Assembly (NCBI GenBank): GCA_002794465.1
Contig: MTSL01000095.1
Coordinates: 22,172 to 54,171, forward strand
Length of the DNA: 32,000 nt
Reading direction: 5' to 3'
DNA from: Paramicrosporidium saccamoebae KSL3
Taxonomy: Eukaryota; Fungi; Cryptomycota
Part shown: one piece after another, positions 1 to 10,080 of the stretch
Layout of the letters: each line of letters starts with the position of its first letter
How positions within the stretch are numbered: the first letter of the stretch is position 1
Made by a program: the position numbers and the translations under genes
The notes under the pieces: generated by a model
What the model saw: the letters and a program-made list of their open reading frames with translations, nothing else
The model's database searches: none
What the model was told of the DNA's origin: nothing

Positions 1-7
1 GGGAGAG

Positions 8-2362
8 ATGTCGACGCAACAGGCTCAGTGTGCCAGGATGGACAGGGTTAGCGGGCAAGTCGTAGCCCAGTCCGCCTCATATGACCACTATTTCTTGCTG
101 AAATTACTTCCACTAAATTCCAGCGATGGAGTCTTTCTGGCGGTCCAAGTGCTATTCTGCGATACTGATGTCATTCCCTCTCTTATGGAACAGGTCATTT
201 CCATTGACGTTGTACACGTCCGTCCCCCTCTAATCGTCTGTCACTTCAATGGCATCCATCTTGAAATACCTACTGCAACGAACAATCTTTCCCCCGCTGT
301 GGACGCTCTGATTGTAAAGGAAGAGATGCGCCATCTTCCGGTGCATTATAAGGGGACGGTTACTGGTTTAATGGAGGGCGGATATATCATAGACGATGGC
401 CGAAGGGTGCTCAGTTCCCGTCACCTTCAAATTGGGATGGAGTGGACCTTTTATAATCTCGTCTGTCTCTTCGCGTCTGAAGAAGTTTTGGTGGAATGTC
501 CCATCTTTACGGGCAGTCTGATCCCCGTTTCCTTATCTGGTCGTCGTCAAGAGCTGCGCACATTGCTAAAGGGAATAGTTTCGAGTTCCTACTTTGATGA
601 CGAGTCAAAGTATCAACGTCTTTGTCGACGGTTAGCGGGAGATGATCATGTGAAGCATTTTCTCGATCATTCAACCACTGGATCCTGTGTCTTTTGCACG
701 GCTCCGTGGGAATTTCATACCGTTGCTTCATGTACAGCTGGACCAGAAAGCAGGCTTACTGGGCTTTTGCTTGGAAAGTTGGAAATTTGTGCCAAAACAG
801 GGCGCCTTTACTTGCGCGATTCGACAGGACAGATTGTCATTTATTCCACTCAGTCAATGGCATCGTTTGTTGATCATTTGGTCCTCGTTTCAGATAGTGT
901 ACTGGTCGCAGAGACTGTCGAGGATATTTCGTTACGATATATTATTGCCAAAAAGATTACTGCAGTGTCATTGCTCACCAAGGACACAACTCTACTGGAT
1001 AGATTTGATTTGCTCATCATCAAAGACGTCGGTATGCCTATACTTTTGGACTCTAACAAGCCCATGGTTGTTGCCATCGACGCTTATCATTTCGGTACTC
1101 TTCAGACCCATCGGCTTGAGATGCGGAAACAACAGTCAATAGAGCTGTCCATGTCTGCTTCCTGTCCTGTGCAAGCTGGCGACATTATCTTGAGGAGAGA
1201 GGACATGTTCTGGGTTCTTTTTTACGAGGCGGATGTAAGTCTGGAATCAAAACAGGCCAAAATTTCCTTCCACACGCCCCATCTCGTCAGCATTGTCTGT
1301 TCATCCGTAGCGGCAGACTATCTTGCACAATCTCAGACGCTGCTTCGTCAGGATTCGCTTAAAGTGACTGTAGAATCGAAAACCTTTCGAAAGGGCTCTG
1401 AAATTGGCTTGAAAAGCGCCTCCAACATTCGTACGCCCTTTTTCGCCGCCCACGCCATTGGCATTCCTGGTAGTAAGCATCTCTGTGTGACTGTTCGCAC
1501 CGCAACAGATAAAATGCAACTCGTCATGAAACCAAATGCCAATTACCTCTATCCCATGTGTCTAGTACCGGGTGCAGTTATTGAGATTTCAAACGTCAAA
1601 TCCACAGTTATTGGAGGCGGTGTTGACGGTTCCACGATCCACAGCTCCAAGGTCAGAATGCTCACTCCAACAACTCGAACTAATATTCGTCTGGTGGGGT
1701 ATGATCCTGACTATCAGCCCTCCAGCTCCTTTCCACTACGATTCCTCTACGAGTTGGCATCCGATTCGGCGTTGGAGGACATTGCTGTGATGGGAAAATT
1801 TTTTCGTTTTCTATCATTTCGAGTTACGGGTCATTGTATCAAATGCAGAAATGTCATTCAAAGTCGGAGATGCATCGTTCATGGTGTCACTCCCGTCAAC
1901 TACACTGTGGAAATTGTCCATCTGTTCACTGACAATACTTGGAACTGCGAAATGGTCATTGCAGATCACAAACTCATGGTGATGGATTGGGATGCAATTT
2001 TTGATTTGTCCCTGGATGGGCCAGTGGAATATGTCGAAGGACAATCAATCGGAGGACATCAAACTCACAAGCAGCTAACCAGCGAGTCTCAATCCAACAA
2101 CCCACCAGCCAACAACCCACCAACTAACAACCCACTAATCAACACACAACAATACAACGAAATGTCCAGACTGCCAGAGTTACTAATGCCCTTGAAGTCA
2201 AATGTCCTGTTTATTAGGGACTACACGGTCAAGGCCAAGGTGACATCATCCACACGACGACTACCACGATTGCAGGCTATTGAGATCGAACCAGTAGACT
2301 ATGTGGAGCAGACACGCAGACTATTTGCCTTTCTAGATTCTACTGATAAAAGTTGTAATTAG
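8..2362 (+). CDS. CTC1: CTC1-like CST complex large subunit (multi-OB-fold); probably 5'-incomplete
   Basis: 784-aa ORF; the frame is also open upstream of the ATG to the window edge. Motifs resemble vertebrate CTC1 in the same order: YKGTVTG, LLGKLEICAKTGRLYLRDSTGQI, YPMCLVPGAVIEISNV, and a C-terminal Zn module CIKC...C..H followed by an OB strand (LFTDNTWNCEM). Confidence 0.68.
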   Translation: MSTQQAQCARMDRVSGQVVAQSASYDHYFLLKLLPLNSSDGVFLAVQVLFCDTDVIPSLMEQVISIDVVHVRPPLIVCHFNGIHLEIPTATNNLSPAVDALIVKEEMRHLPVHYKGTVTGLMEGGYIIDDGRRVLSSRHLQIGMEWTFYNLVCLFASEEVLVECPIFTGSLIPVSLSGRRQELRTLLKGIVSSSYFDDESKYQRLCRRLAGDDHVKHFLDHSTTGSCVFCTAPWEFHTVASCTAGPESRLTGLLLGKLEICAKTGRLYLRDSTGQIVIYSTQSMASFVDHLVLVSDSVLVAETVEDISLRYIIAKKITAVSLLTKDTTLLDRFDLLIIKDVGMPILLDSNKPMVVAIDAYHFGTLQTHRLEMRKQQSIELSMSASCPVQAGDIILRREDMFWVLFYEADVSLESKQAKISFHTPHLVSIVCSSVAADYLAQSQTLLRQDSLKVTVESKTFRKGSEIGLKSASNIRTPFFAAHAIGIPGSKHLCVTVRTATDKMQLVMKPNANYLYPMCLVPGAVIEISNVKSTVIGGGVDGSTIHSSKVRMLTPTTRTNIRLVGYDPDYQPSSSFPLRFLYELASDSALEDIAVMGKFFRFLSFRVTGHCIKCRNVIQSRRCIVHGVTPVNYTVEIVHLFTDNTWNCEMVIADHKLMVMDWDAIFDLSLDGPVEYVEGQSIGGHQTHKQLTSESQSNNPPANNPPTNNPLINTQQYNEMSRLPELLMPLKSNVLFIRDYTVKAKVTSSTRRLPRLQAIEIEPVDYVEQTRRLFAFLDSTDKSCN
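2096..2140 (+). repeat. 3 x 15-bp CA-rich coding tandem repeat (NNPPA/NNPPT/NNPLI) within CTC1-like ORF
   Basis: aacaacccaccagcc / aacaacccaccaact / aacaacccactaatc. Confidence 0.85.
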
Positions 2363-2428
2363 TGATTGTTACTGGATCAGATATATTCCAAGACCCATAT
2401 TAAAGGTCCAACCATGCAATATATACTA

Positions 2429-3040
2429 ATGAAGCCGTGCATTCTGCTGTCCTGGTTGGTCTCGATCCCGCTGTGTGTCTCCACGGCTGTGGATCTAAAG
2501 ATCCGCTTCGGTGCTGACCAACTCCATCTGCAAAAAACCGCCACTGCCACCACAGTGACCGTAGGGGTTTCGGGCCATCGTCTTCCTTACGCCCTTCTCT
2601 GGGACGATCAGCATCCCACTCGGGTCAAGGTTGCAGTGGGTAGACGCAGAACTGTCATCCAGATGGATCAGCCCGATGACAAGTTGTATCGTTTCCTCCT
2701 CACTATGCGCTCCCAGTCGCTGCCGTTTTACCGTCTGCTCAAGCTCCTCATTGCTCCTCCCTCTCCACCTCAACTTCTCCTACCCCTTCCCCTCCACAAC
2801 GCCATCCGCTCCATCCCATCAGCAATGCAGATTCTGGTTGGCACGACATTAGACTCCTTTGAGACAACTCAGGTGCGATGTCTTGTGCCCGAAGTGGTGG
2901 ATCGCAACCTGACCACTGAAGGGAGCTTTCAACAAAAGAATGGACGGCACAGAGACGTAATTCGGGCAGCACTTTTGGACGGAAATGTTATAGTCAGGGT
3001 ATTGATGGCCTCTGATCCAGCCCTCCCCATACTCCACTAA
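2429..3040 (+). CDS. Hypothetical secreted protein
   Basis: Open frame 2366-3040; ATGs at 2414 and 2429. MKPCILLSWLVSIPLCVSTA looks like a signal peptide. AATAAA follows shortly after the stop. No recognisable domain. Confidence 0.6.
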   Translation: MKPCILLSWLVSIPLCVSTAVDLKIRFGADQLHLQKTATATTVTVGVSGHRLPYALLWDDQHPTRVKVAVGRRRTVIQMDQPDDKLYRFLLTMRSQSLPFYRLLKLLIAPPSPPQLLLPLPLHNAIRSIPSAMQILVGTTLDSFETTQVRCLVPEVVDRNLTTEGSFQQKNGRHRDVIRAALLDGNVIVRVLMASDPALPILH

Positions 3041-3411
3041 GATGCAAATAAATTATCCCTTTTGGTGCGATGGCATATCCACGGACCAAGAATCAAGGGT
3101 CTATTGATGGGTGAGCTTACTTTTATTAAAGTATATTACCTCTTCATATGTAACCATTCTTAATATAACCAAACTGAGCTGTGGAGCCGCTATTCGAGTC
3201 GGACTCACCAATAACAAGTGGATGTTGTTTAACAGGGTCCTTTAGTGCGCGAGAGCATACCTTTGCTAAAGGCGTCATTGTAAACCGCCGCACTAGATTG
3301 TGGGATGGCCTATCGGGGTTATCAACCATAAACGGATACCGTAACATGACACTTTATTGCAGGACCACATTGTCCATTCACTCTATTGTGCCCTGAGGTG
3401 GACTCTGTCAT

Positions 3412-3633
3412 TCATAAGCCAACCACTAGTTTAATGCAGTACAAAAAGTATCTGATAATCAAGAACTGAACGGTAGCGACCCAAAGGAAGCCAGTTTCAA
3501 AATTGATAAAATTGTGCAAACTTTCAGCTATGGATTCCGCCCCTTGTTGTGGCAAGGGACCCGGGCAGACTTGGGCGGCATGTGTGTGCACTGTCAGAAT
3601 CGCCAGTAAGAGTGAAACTATCGTAGCTTTCAT
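3412..3633 (-). CDS. Small (73 aa) signal-peptide plus C-terminal hydrophobic helix protein
   Basis: ATG start; MKATIVSLLLAILTVHTHA signal peptide; C-terminal GFLWVATVQFLIIRYFLYCI hydrophobic segment. Confidence 0.5.
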   Translation of the reverse strand: MKATIVSLLLAILTVHTHAAQVCPGPLPQQGAESIAESLHNFINFETGFLWVATVQFLIIRYFLYCIKLVVGL

Positions 3634-3755
3634 ATCCGACTACAGCAAAACACTTAATGCCGCTCCAGGGTGTGCCAAGGCTTAATTGAGTGAATAAATG
3701 CCTCATTGGCTCCGATTTTATGGACTGGCTGACTATCTACACAGGCGTGAGGCGT

Positions 3756-3989
3756 CTACAAGACCCCTTCAAGCAGAGCGTTAAGAAAATGCATAGCAAT
3801 AAGGGTGATCAAAAAATACAAGATGGGGTCGCATGAGTGCCCATCTTGGAATCGGGCTAGTGCTTGAATTTCTGCTCGCCCGTCATTTCTCTTTGGTGGA
3901 ATTCCTACTCCTGCCGCTTCGACTCCAAAAGCCGCACTGAAAATAAAAAGCATGGCAAGGAAGGTCAAGGCGGTAAGTCGCAGGCTCAT
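3756..3989 (-). CDS. Small (77 aa) signal-peptide plus C-terminal hydrophobic helix protein
   Basis: ATG start; MSLRLTALTFLAMLFIFSAAFG signal peptide; internal KR; C-terminal PILYFLITLIAMHFLNALL hydrophobic segment. Confidence 0.5.
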   Translation of the reverse strand: MSLRLTALTFLAMLFIFSAAFGVEAAGVGIPPKRNDGRAEIQALARFQDGHSCDPILYFLITLIAMHFLNALLEGVL

Positions 3990-4244
3990 CTTGAGTAAAG
4001 ATTAAATCCTTTTCCGTCTTCAAATGGAACCTGTGACAGTCCTGGCTTACTGCTTGAAAAATCTGCAGTACCAAATTCCAAACCCAATATCGTTCAAAAT
4101 ACGAGTGTCGCCTAGTGGTTATATATACCAGTGTCGCCATGTTCCCCCATATGCACTGATCGCACTTTCATTATGTGATTTAGGGGGCTGCCTAATTAAA
4201 TTAGTGACCCCGGACCGATCAGAACGCAGGACGTAAAAACGACT

Positions 4245-7200
4245 ATGGCACACCGCGTGACCGTACCATATACAAAAATACGGGGCTTTACACTCTTGTT
4301 ATCCGTGCTGTCTAGTATAGTTTTCGCGTCGAGTCTGCACTGGCAGTCTAATAACAACTTATACATTGCTACACAGTACGAAAGGTTCTGGCAAGAAACG
4401 GTACAAAGGGTCAATCTTGGTGACCAGAACGCGACTGGTAATGCTATCCACCGTTGGAAGAACCGCCCCATAACTTTTTCACGGGGAATCAACCAAAATG
4501 GAGCAGAAACTATAGTATCTTGGCCACGTAATGCTTTGAATCAGGGGGTCTCAGCATCGTCACATCTTGCTTTCTCGCTTATTCGGGATTTGACTTTGGG
4601 AGAAGTATCAAATTTGGATCCTGAAGCATGCACAGTGTTTGCAAAGTACCTTGACCCGACCCAGTTACAGAGCGTCAGCACAGAGTGCACGGCACGTCTT
4701 GTAGCCAACTGTAACAATCCATTAGTACGTGGGAATTCCGCCCTGTCCCTTCGGGGAATTCCCTACAGTTGGTTTGTTGGAGAACTTGGTATTCACCTGT
4801 TCACCGCTCTGCATGACCATGGTCTCTTGTCAAACTTGCCAGCTATTACGCTATCAACACTATTCTCGACAGAGCGCTTTTGCAGCTTGCTCAGGGCAGA
4901 ACACATTGGTTCGGTGGAGACTCCCGAGTATCCACTCAAATCCTTGGCTCCAGAATGTGTGGCAAAGATGCAAAACTTGGACTGTGTGCCACTTGCGCCG
5001 GCGATTGTCGGGGCCATGGGCCCGGCAGCATTTTCAAAGATGGGGGTGCTAGTCCATGCGGACACTTTCAAAAGAATGTCTGCGATACAATACGCTAGTT
5101 ATGGTCAGGACGTGCCTGAACTTCCAAGGAAACAATGTGCAGGCCGTCTTGAGTGGCAGGATTTGCTCGCCAATGTGGATTACTTGAAAGGATTGCCAAG
5201 GCTCTTTGAACCATACGATGTTGCCTATCCAATTCCCGATGTCTCGCTAACAAAAGAAATCTTTGCAGAGCTGGCAGACCATTCACCGGCAATCGCAGGC
5301 CGTCTTCTGGTTGTTCTTCCTGTCTTACCCGACGACATCCTTTCCCTATGTGGTCCGAGGGCACTTTATAGCCTACGGGCGTACAAATGTCTCCAGTTCA
5401 TCGACAGCGGAATTGATGTTCTGGGCGACCTTAACCACCATTCAAACAGTCGTCAGATTATCGAAAACATTCCTTCTGAATATTGCAAGCATCTGAGTCT
5501 GGAAGACTACTTAAAGTACAAATGGATCCGCGCCAGTCTAAGTAGCGAATGTCGAGAAAAGTTACCTTTCAAGACTGACCCCGAGGCAATAAAACAAGCA
5601 CCCGAGATGGCTGATGAGAATTACAAGGCAGAGCTTTTTCCAAATGAGCAAAGACACTTTACCACTGAGGAAGAATTGGGGGCTCTCGTGACGGATATAG
5701 CATGGGTTCCTTGCAGTGTCCATAATACTCATGCAGATCTTGAATGTTCTCAAGGACTTTTTTCTGTTCCATTGGATTACGAGTCACCCAACGGCGAATG
5801 GATAAACGTGGAAGTGTATCGATACATTTTTATTGGAGCCAACCCAACATCACAGGTTATAATGCTAGCGGGTGGTCCAGGTGGATCTGTGTTTCGATAT
5901 AAATCTTGCACCGATAAAATCTTACGCAGGACGTACGACTCGACAGCAGTGTATTATTACGAACATCGTGGATTAGGTGCAAATGGATTCAAACCAGACC
6001 ACATCTCTGCCCGTCCATTGCATGACATTATCTCCACTGCGCCCTTTGACATGAAATATCTGACTGTTGAGAACGCAGCATTGGATGTGAGTCTGTTTGC
6101 CAAAGCGATTAAACGCGACATTCCGGCCACAAGCACGCAAGTTGGGCTGTTTGGAGTGTCGTATGGAGCAGCACTGGCTCACCATGTGGTGCAGCTGTTC
6201 CCAAACATGTTTGATTTTGCGGTATTAGCAGGGGTACCTTCCATCCCTGGAGAAACAGGTATTGATAATTACAACGGATTGCTACTCCATTGTCAAATGG
6301 ATGAATTCTGCAGATCAAAGATTGGAACCGTTGCCGATTTCAAGGCTGTTCTCAAAGAGGTTGCATCTAATCGTCATTTGAATCAGTGCACCGAATATTT
6401 TCACGAAACACTCCGCCTTGAAGAGCAATGGACGGTTGGTAGAAGGATCCGATCGATCGGAGAACAGCTTATATCAGACCTAACCAACGCAATGACGGCG
6501 CGTCTTTTATTACCAGTGATAAAGTCAACCTTTGACTGTCAGAATTACAGTATCTACAAATGCGCGCTTCACAGTGTCATGAATTTGAGAACGTCTGCTT
6601 ATCCTCCTGTACCATTGAAGAAACCCACCGGGCATCATAAGAAGGATGAGTCTAATGATACCATTTTAGATGTTGTTTCCCTTGATTATCGCCTGAAAGA
6701 CATGAAGTTTGACATTATCGGAGCGCAGGAAAAGCAGTTAGAGCTATTTTCGAGCCTCACCAAGGAAGACTCTACATACGACACTTATCGTCGCGCTGGT
6801 GAATGTCTAGCGGGACGACGGCTATCGCAAATCAAACCAGCAGTGACTAGAAAGACCTTTTTTATTATTTTTCAGAACCTACTGGATCTAGTTACACCAT
6901 TTCAAGCTGGCGAAAATTTGTTTGCAAAAATTGAGGCCCCCCAGAAATGGCTCATTAGAACTGATTCCCATCAGCATTCCTACTCAGAGGTGCTCATGGC
7001 GATTCTGGTTCAGGGGGCTACCTTTGGTGGAAATATTATGTTCAATGAGCTGCAGGCTAAAGTCGGTACTACGGATATTGGCCTTCCGGGCTTTTGGGAC
7101 TTGAGCAGTCTGCCAGCCGTCAAGGGAATTTGGGACATTGTCAGCGACATTAAACACAAAACCGAAGCCCCAATTGTTCCTCCAAGAATAATGAAAGTGG

Positions 7201-7661
7201 GCTCAATCAAAATTGCCCAGTTCCGATCCATCATGGCCTCATTTAGAAACAGATTGACCTGGGGTCCCTCAAAAGAGGCATCACCCACTGTCAATGTAAC
7301 GGTAGGGTGGTTTGTCCCTGGTAAAAACGGCATTAAGATGAACAAGTTTCAACCGAAAGGGACTCAGTCTATCCGTCACATAATTGTGTTCCCAAGGATT
7401 GATGAATCGCGGCAGCAACTCATTCAGCGCCTTTTTGGCATAATCGATCAACTCCAATGTTCTGTTTACGTCCTCTGTGCAAAGGCTGCTATCAAGGCCG
7501 ACCCAGAAAATCTCTCACTGATTACCCGTGAATTGTTACTCTTTGCTACTGCGATTCGTAATAACGATCCTGACATTATGTTTCAAATGGACCAGCCTCC
7601 TGATGATCCGGAACTGCCTCTGAAAATGGCGCAGCTGTTTCCAGGCCTGTTCATAGCTTAA
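4245..7661 (+). CDS. Secreted multidomain protein: Cys-containing helical N-terminal region plus S33/TAP-like alpha/beta-hydrolase peptidase plus unknown C-terminal domain
   Basis: 1138-aa ORF with an N-terminal hydrophobic segment. Hydrolase motifs SVPLDY, LAGGPGGS, EHRGLG, nucleophile elbow GVSYG, candidate Asp (LLDLVTP) and candidate His (DSHQHS). Confidence 0.8.
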   Translation: MAHRVTVPYTKIRGFTLLLSVLSSIVFASSLHWQSNNNLYIATQYERFWQETVQRVNLGDQNATGNAIHRWKNRPITFSRGINQNGAETIVSWPRNALNQGVSASSHLAFSLIRDLTLGEVSNLDPEACTVFAKYLDPTQLQSVSTECTARLVANCNNPLVRGNSALSLRGIPYSWFVGELGIHLFTALHDHGLLSNLPAITLSTLFSTERFCSLLRAEHIGSVETPEYPLKSLAPECVAKMQNLDCVPLAPAIVGAMGPAAFSKMGVLVHADTFKRMSAIQYASYGQDVPELPRKQCAGRLEWQDLLANVDYLKGLPRLFEPYDVAYPIPDVSLTKEIFAELADHSPAIAGRLLVVLPVLPDDILSLCGPRALYSLRAYKCLQFIDSGIDVLGDLNHHSNSRQIIENIPSEYCKHLSLEDYLKYKWIRASLSSECREKLPFKTDPEAIKQAPEMADENYKAELFPNEQRHFTTEEELGALVTDIAWVPCSVHNTHADLECSQGLFSVPLDYESPNGEWINVEVYRYIFIGANPTSQVIMLAGGPGGSVFRYKSCTDKILRRTYDSTAVYYYEHRGLGANGFKPDHISARPLHDIISTAPFDMKYLTVENAALDVSLFAKAIKRDIPATSTQVGLFGVSYGAALAHHVVQLFPNMFDFAVLAGVPSIPGETGIDNYNGLLLHCQMDEFCRSKIGTVADFKAVLKEVASNRHLNQCTEYFHETLRLEEQWTVGRRIRSIGEQLISDLTNAMTARLLLPVIKSTFDCQNYSIYKCALHSVMNLRTSAYPPVPLKKPTGHHKKDESNDTILDVVSLDYRLKDMKFDIIGAQEKQLELFSSLTKEDSTYDTYRRAGECLAGRRLSQIKPAVTRKTFFIIFQNLLDLVTPFQAGENLFAKIEAPQKWLIRTDSHQHSYSEVLMAILVQGATFGGNIMFNELQAKVGTTDIGLPGFWDLSSLPAVKGIWDIVSDIKHKTEAPIVPPRIMKVGSIKIAQFRSIMASFRNRLTWGPSKEASPTVNVTVGWFVPGKNGIKMNKFQPKGTQSIRHIIVFPRIDESRQQLIQRLFGIIDQLQCSVYVLCAKAAIKADPENLSLITRELLLFATAIRNNDPDIMFQMDQPPDDPELPLKMAQLFPGLFIA

Positions 7662-7719
7662 CATTTAAAGGTGAGAATGGTCACTGCCAAGTTGTACGGA
7701 AGCTCTTTCGTGACTTGCT

Positions 7720-8311
7720 TTATTGCAGGCTGCGGGGGGGAGTGCATAACGGAACAAAATCCCCAATGAAAAAATTTCCATTACAAATTTCGCAACGTCC
7801 GTCTGCCTTACTGTCCAGTAAGACGGACAAATCACACATTGCTTTTTCTAGGTATTCGGTGATTCCCAATAAAGCTTTGCTAATCACTAACCCGGCGAAG
7901 ATGGTTGAAAGGAAGCCGAATCCATTATTGGCAAAATTCCAAATAGTTCTATACATGGATTCCACTCCTTGTTGTAAAAAACGACTCGGGTAATCCTGCA
8001 CGGATGTGTGTGCTATCAGGATCGCCAACAAGAGTGTCACTGCTGTAGCACTTACGTTTGATTGCAGTGAAACGCGTAATCCCATCGAAAACCCAATCCA
8101 GGGCATGTCAAAGCTTGGCCGGCTGATTTCTGATGAAAATTCTGATCCGAGATGCCTTTCCAATAAGATTTATGAGTTGACGCTCTCCGATGCTGCAATG
8201 CAAAACAACTATCCCAGCCTTACTCTTCAAATGGACAAGTCTCCTGATGTTGCGTGGTCATGGGATCATCACAAGGTGAGACAGTGGCCCCGGCATCAAG
8301 CATCATTATGA
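7720..8311. CDS. Probable small gene of unresolved strand and structure
   Basis: Two competing models. Minus strand: ORF 7720-8106 with two hydrophobic segments and a CxxC. Plus strand: same-frame ORFs 7715-7993 and 8006-8311 joinable by a 30-nt GTAATC...CAG intron at 7990-8019. Confidence 0.3.
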
Positions 8312-9021
8312 CTTGCACTGAGAATGTAACACTGTATGAAGAATTGCTCAAAAAGACTGAAGAGTATGTCAAGGTGTACATGGCACAGTACAATGACACT
8401 TCTCACGACTGGTCACATATCCAACGCGTCCGCAAAATGGCCCTCAGTATTGCCCAGCTGGAAGAACGCCCCGTCAACATGCAACTAGTCGAATTGGCGG
8501 CTCTGCTCCACGATGTCGGCGATGCCAAATTCCTGTCGTCTGGCACAGATTGCGAGACAATCCTCCGAACTTTTATGACTGAGGCGGGTTATCCGACACA
8601 TCTCCAAGAGGGCATTCTCTGGATCCATCAACGGGTCTCGTTTCGATACGAACTGGAACATCCGGATAGTCACATTGGGCTCTATCAATGGGAGTTGGCG
8701 TGTGTACAGGACGCCGACCGATTAGATGCAATTGGCGCCATTGGAATCGCCCGCTGTTTCTCGTTCAATGCGGTGCGCAACATGCCGCTCTGTGACCCAA
8801 ACATTCCCCCCAATGTAAACGGCAACGCTGAGCAGTATAAAAAGTCGAGTGCAAAGTCGAATGCGAGAAATCATTTCTATGAGAAGCTGTTTAAGATTAA
8901 AGGGATGATGAAAACCGAGGCCGGCAAGTCCGAAGCTTCAAGGAGACATTGTCTGATGCGGGAATTTATCCTGGAATTTGATCGCGAATGTGGATTAGAC
9001 TCGTCCCTACTCCCCTCATAA
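8308..9021 (+). CDS. HD-superfamily metal-dependent phosphohydrolase (YedJ/YpgQ-like)
   Basis: Motifs SHDWSHIQRV, LAALLHDVGDAK, QDADRLDAIGAIGIARCF, HFYEKL and MKTEAGK...RRH. First eukaryotic-style ATG at 8308. Confidence 0.9.
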   Translation: MTCTENVTLYEELLKKTEEYVKVYMAQYNDTSHDWSHIQRVRKMALSIAQLEERPVNMQLVELAALLHDVGDAKFLSSGTDCETILRTFMTEAGYPTHLQEGILWIHQRVSFRYELEHPDSHIGLYQWELACVQDADRLDAIGAIGIARCFSFNAVRNMPLCDPNIPPNVNGNAEQYKKSSAKSNARNHFYEKLFKIKGMMKTEAGKSEASRRHCLMREFILEFDRECGLDSSLLPS

Positions 9022-9088
9022 TAAAATCACCCACATCTAGAGTCTATGAGGAGATCCTAGTGGCTTTTGTCAACTCGCAACATTAATT

Positions 9089-9974
9089 TTATTTCTTGTT
9101 ACCAGCAATTGACGCCACCCGTGTCGCCTCTTGGACGGTCCTGGCTAGGACACTCCTAATTTTCCCATCTTCCATTGTGAGAATCCCAGCAATTGTGCAT
9201 CCGCCGGGTGTCGTCACTGAATCCTTAATCTGCGCCGGGTGTAAGCCGCTCTGCAATACCATCCGTGCTGCTCCTTGCAAGGATTGCGCTGCCAGCTCCA
9301 CTGCAACATCTCTAGTTAAACCCATCATCACTCCGCCATCGGCTAATGCGTCAATCATAATGCTATCATTAGCATTCATGCGAGTAGACGGTACCAAGCA
9401 AAAGCAGGACCGCTGCCGCAGAGGGCAGTTACGGCGTCCATGTGGCGGTCGGCAACGAAGCGGATGCGTCCCAAACATTGCATCAAATGTTCGACGGTGC
9501 TGCTGACTTTGGAGGGGAGGGAAGGCGGAGTAGCGAGTACGACCATCCCTTCGCGGATCTGACAGGGAGTGTTGGTCATTACACGGACGACGTGGCTTTC
9601 AGGGAACCATTCCTGGCATTTTGTGAGCGTAATTCCTGCCGCTATGGAAACAACAATCTTTTCCTTGCACAGCTGCCTAATTCGGTCAGTCGCATAATCC
9701 TCCACCATTTGGGGCTTCAGACTACATGATCAGAAGAACCAGCTGGCCAATACCAAAGGAGAATCACATTGGCCCATTCTGTGGTTTCTTCGTTTCCGCA
9801 CGCAAACTGCGAGGCGGGAAAGAGTCGTTTTAATCGTACTACCGTCTCCTCGCGGCCTGCCGTTCCGCGGATCTGTGAAGCTTCAAGAGTTCCAGACTCG
9901 ATGAGTGCAGCCATTATACATTTTCCCATAGTACCACAGCCGATTATTCCCAGTCGCACTTCAGCAGTCTCCAT
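9089..9974 (-). CDS. PRO3: Pyrroline-5-carboxylate reductase (273 aa, 3 exons)
   Basis: Exons 9974-9754, 9721-9395, 9362-9089; two 32-nt GT-AG introns. Motifs GIIGCGTMG (Rossmann), VSIAAGI, RVMTNTP, TALCGSGPAF, VTTPGGCTIAG. Confidence 0.96.
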
Positions 9975-10080
9975 TGTGACTAATAAACAATGATTATGTT
10001 ATCTTAAGCTTGTGATGATCGGCAGGGGGATGTGGTTGTGTCAAAGACCACACGATGCAGCCAATTGTCGAGAGATAATG

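Noticed and set aside
2096-2140. CA-rich tract inside the telomere gene CTC1 as a telomeric insertion or intron
   Set aside because: No TTAGGG/TAACCC arrays and no suitable GT donor; it is an in-frame 15-bp repeat encoding an N/P-rich loop.
2675-2700. QMDQP motif shared between the 2429 protein and the C-terminus of the 4245 protein
   Set aside because: A five-residue match without extended alignment is compatible with chance.
3144-3400. Possible small spliced gene (30-nt GTATCC...TAG candidate intron on the minus strand)
   Set aside because: The spliced product is about 50 aa with no motif, and the competing ORFs on both strands are equally weak.
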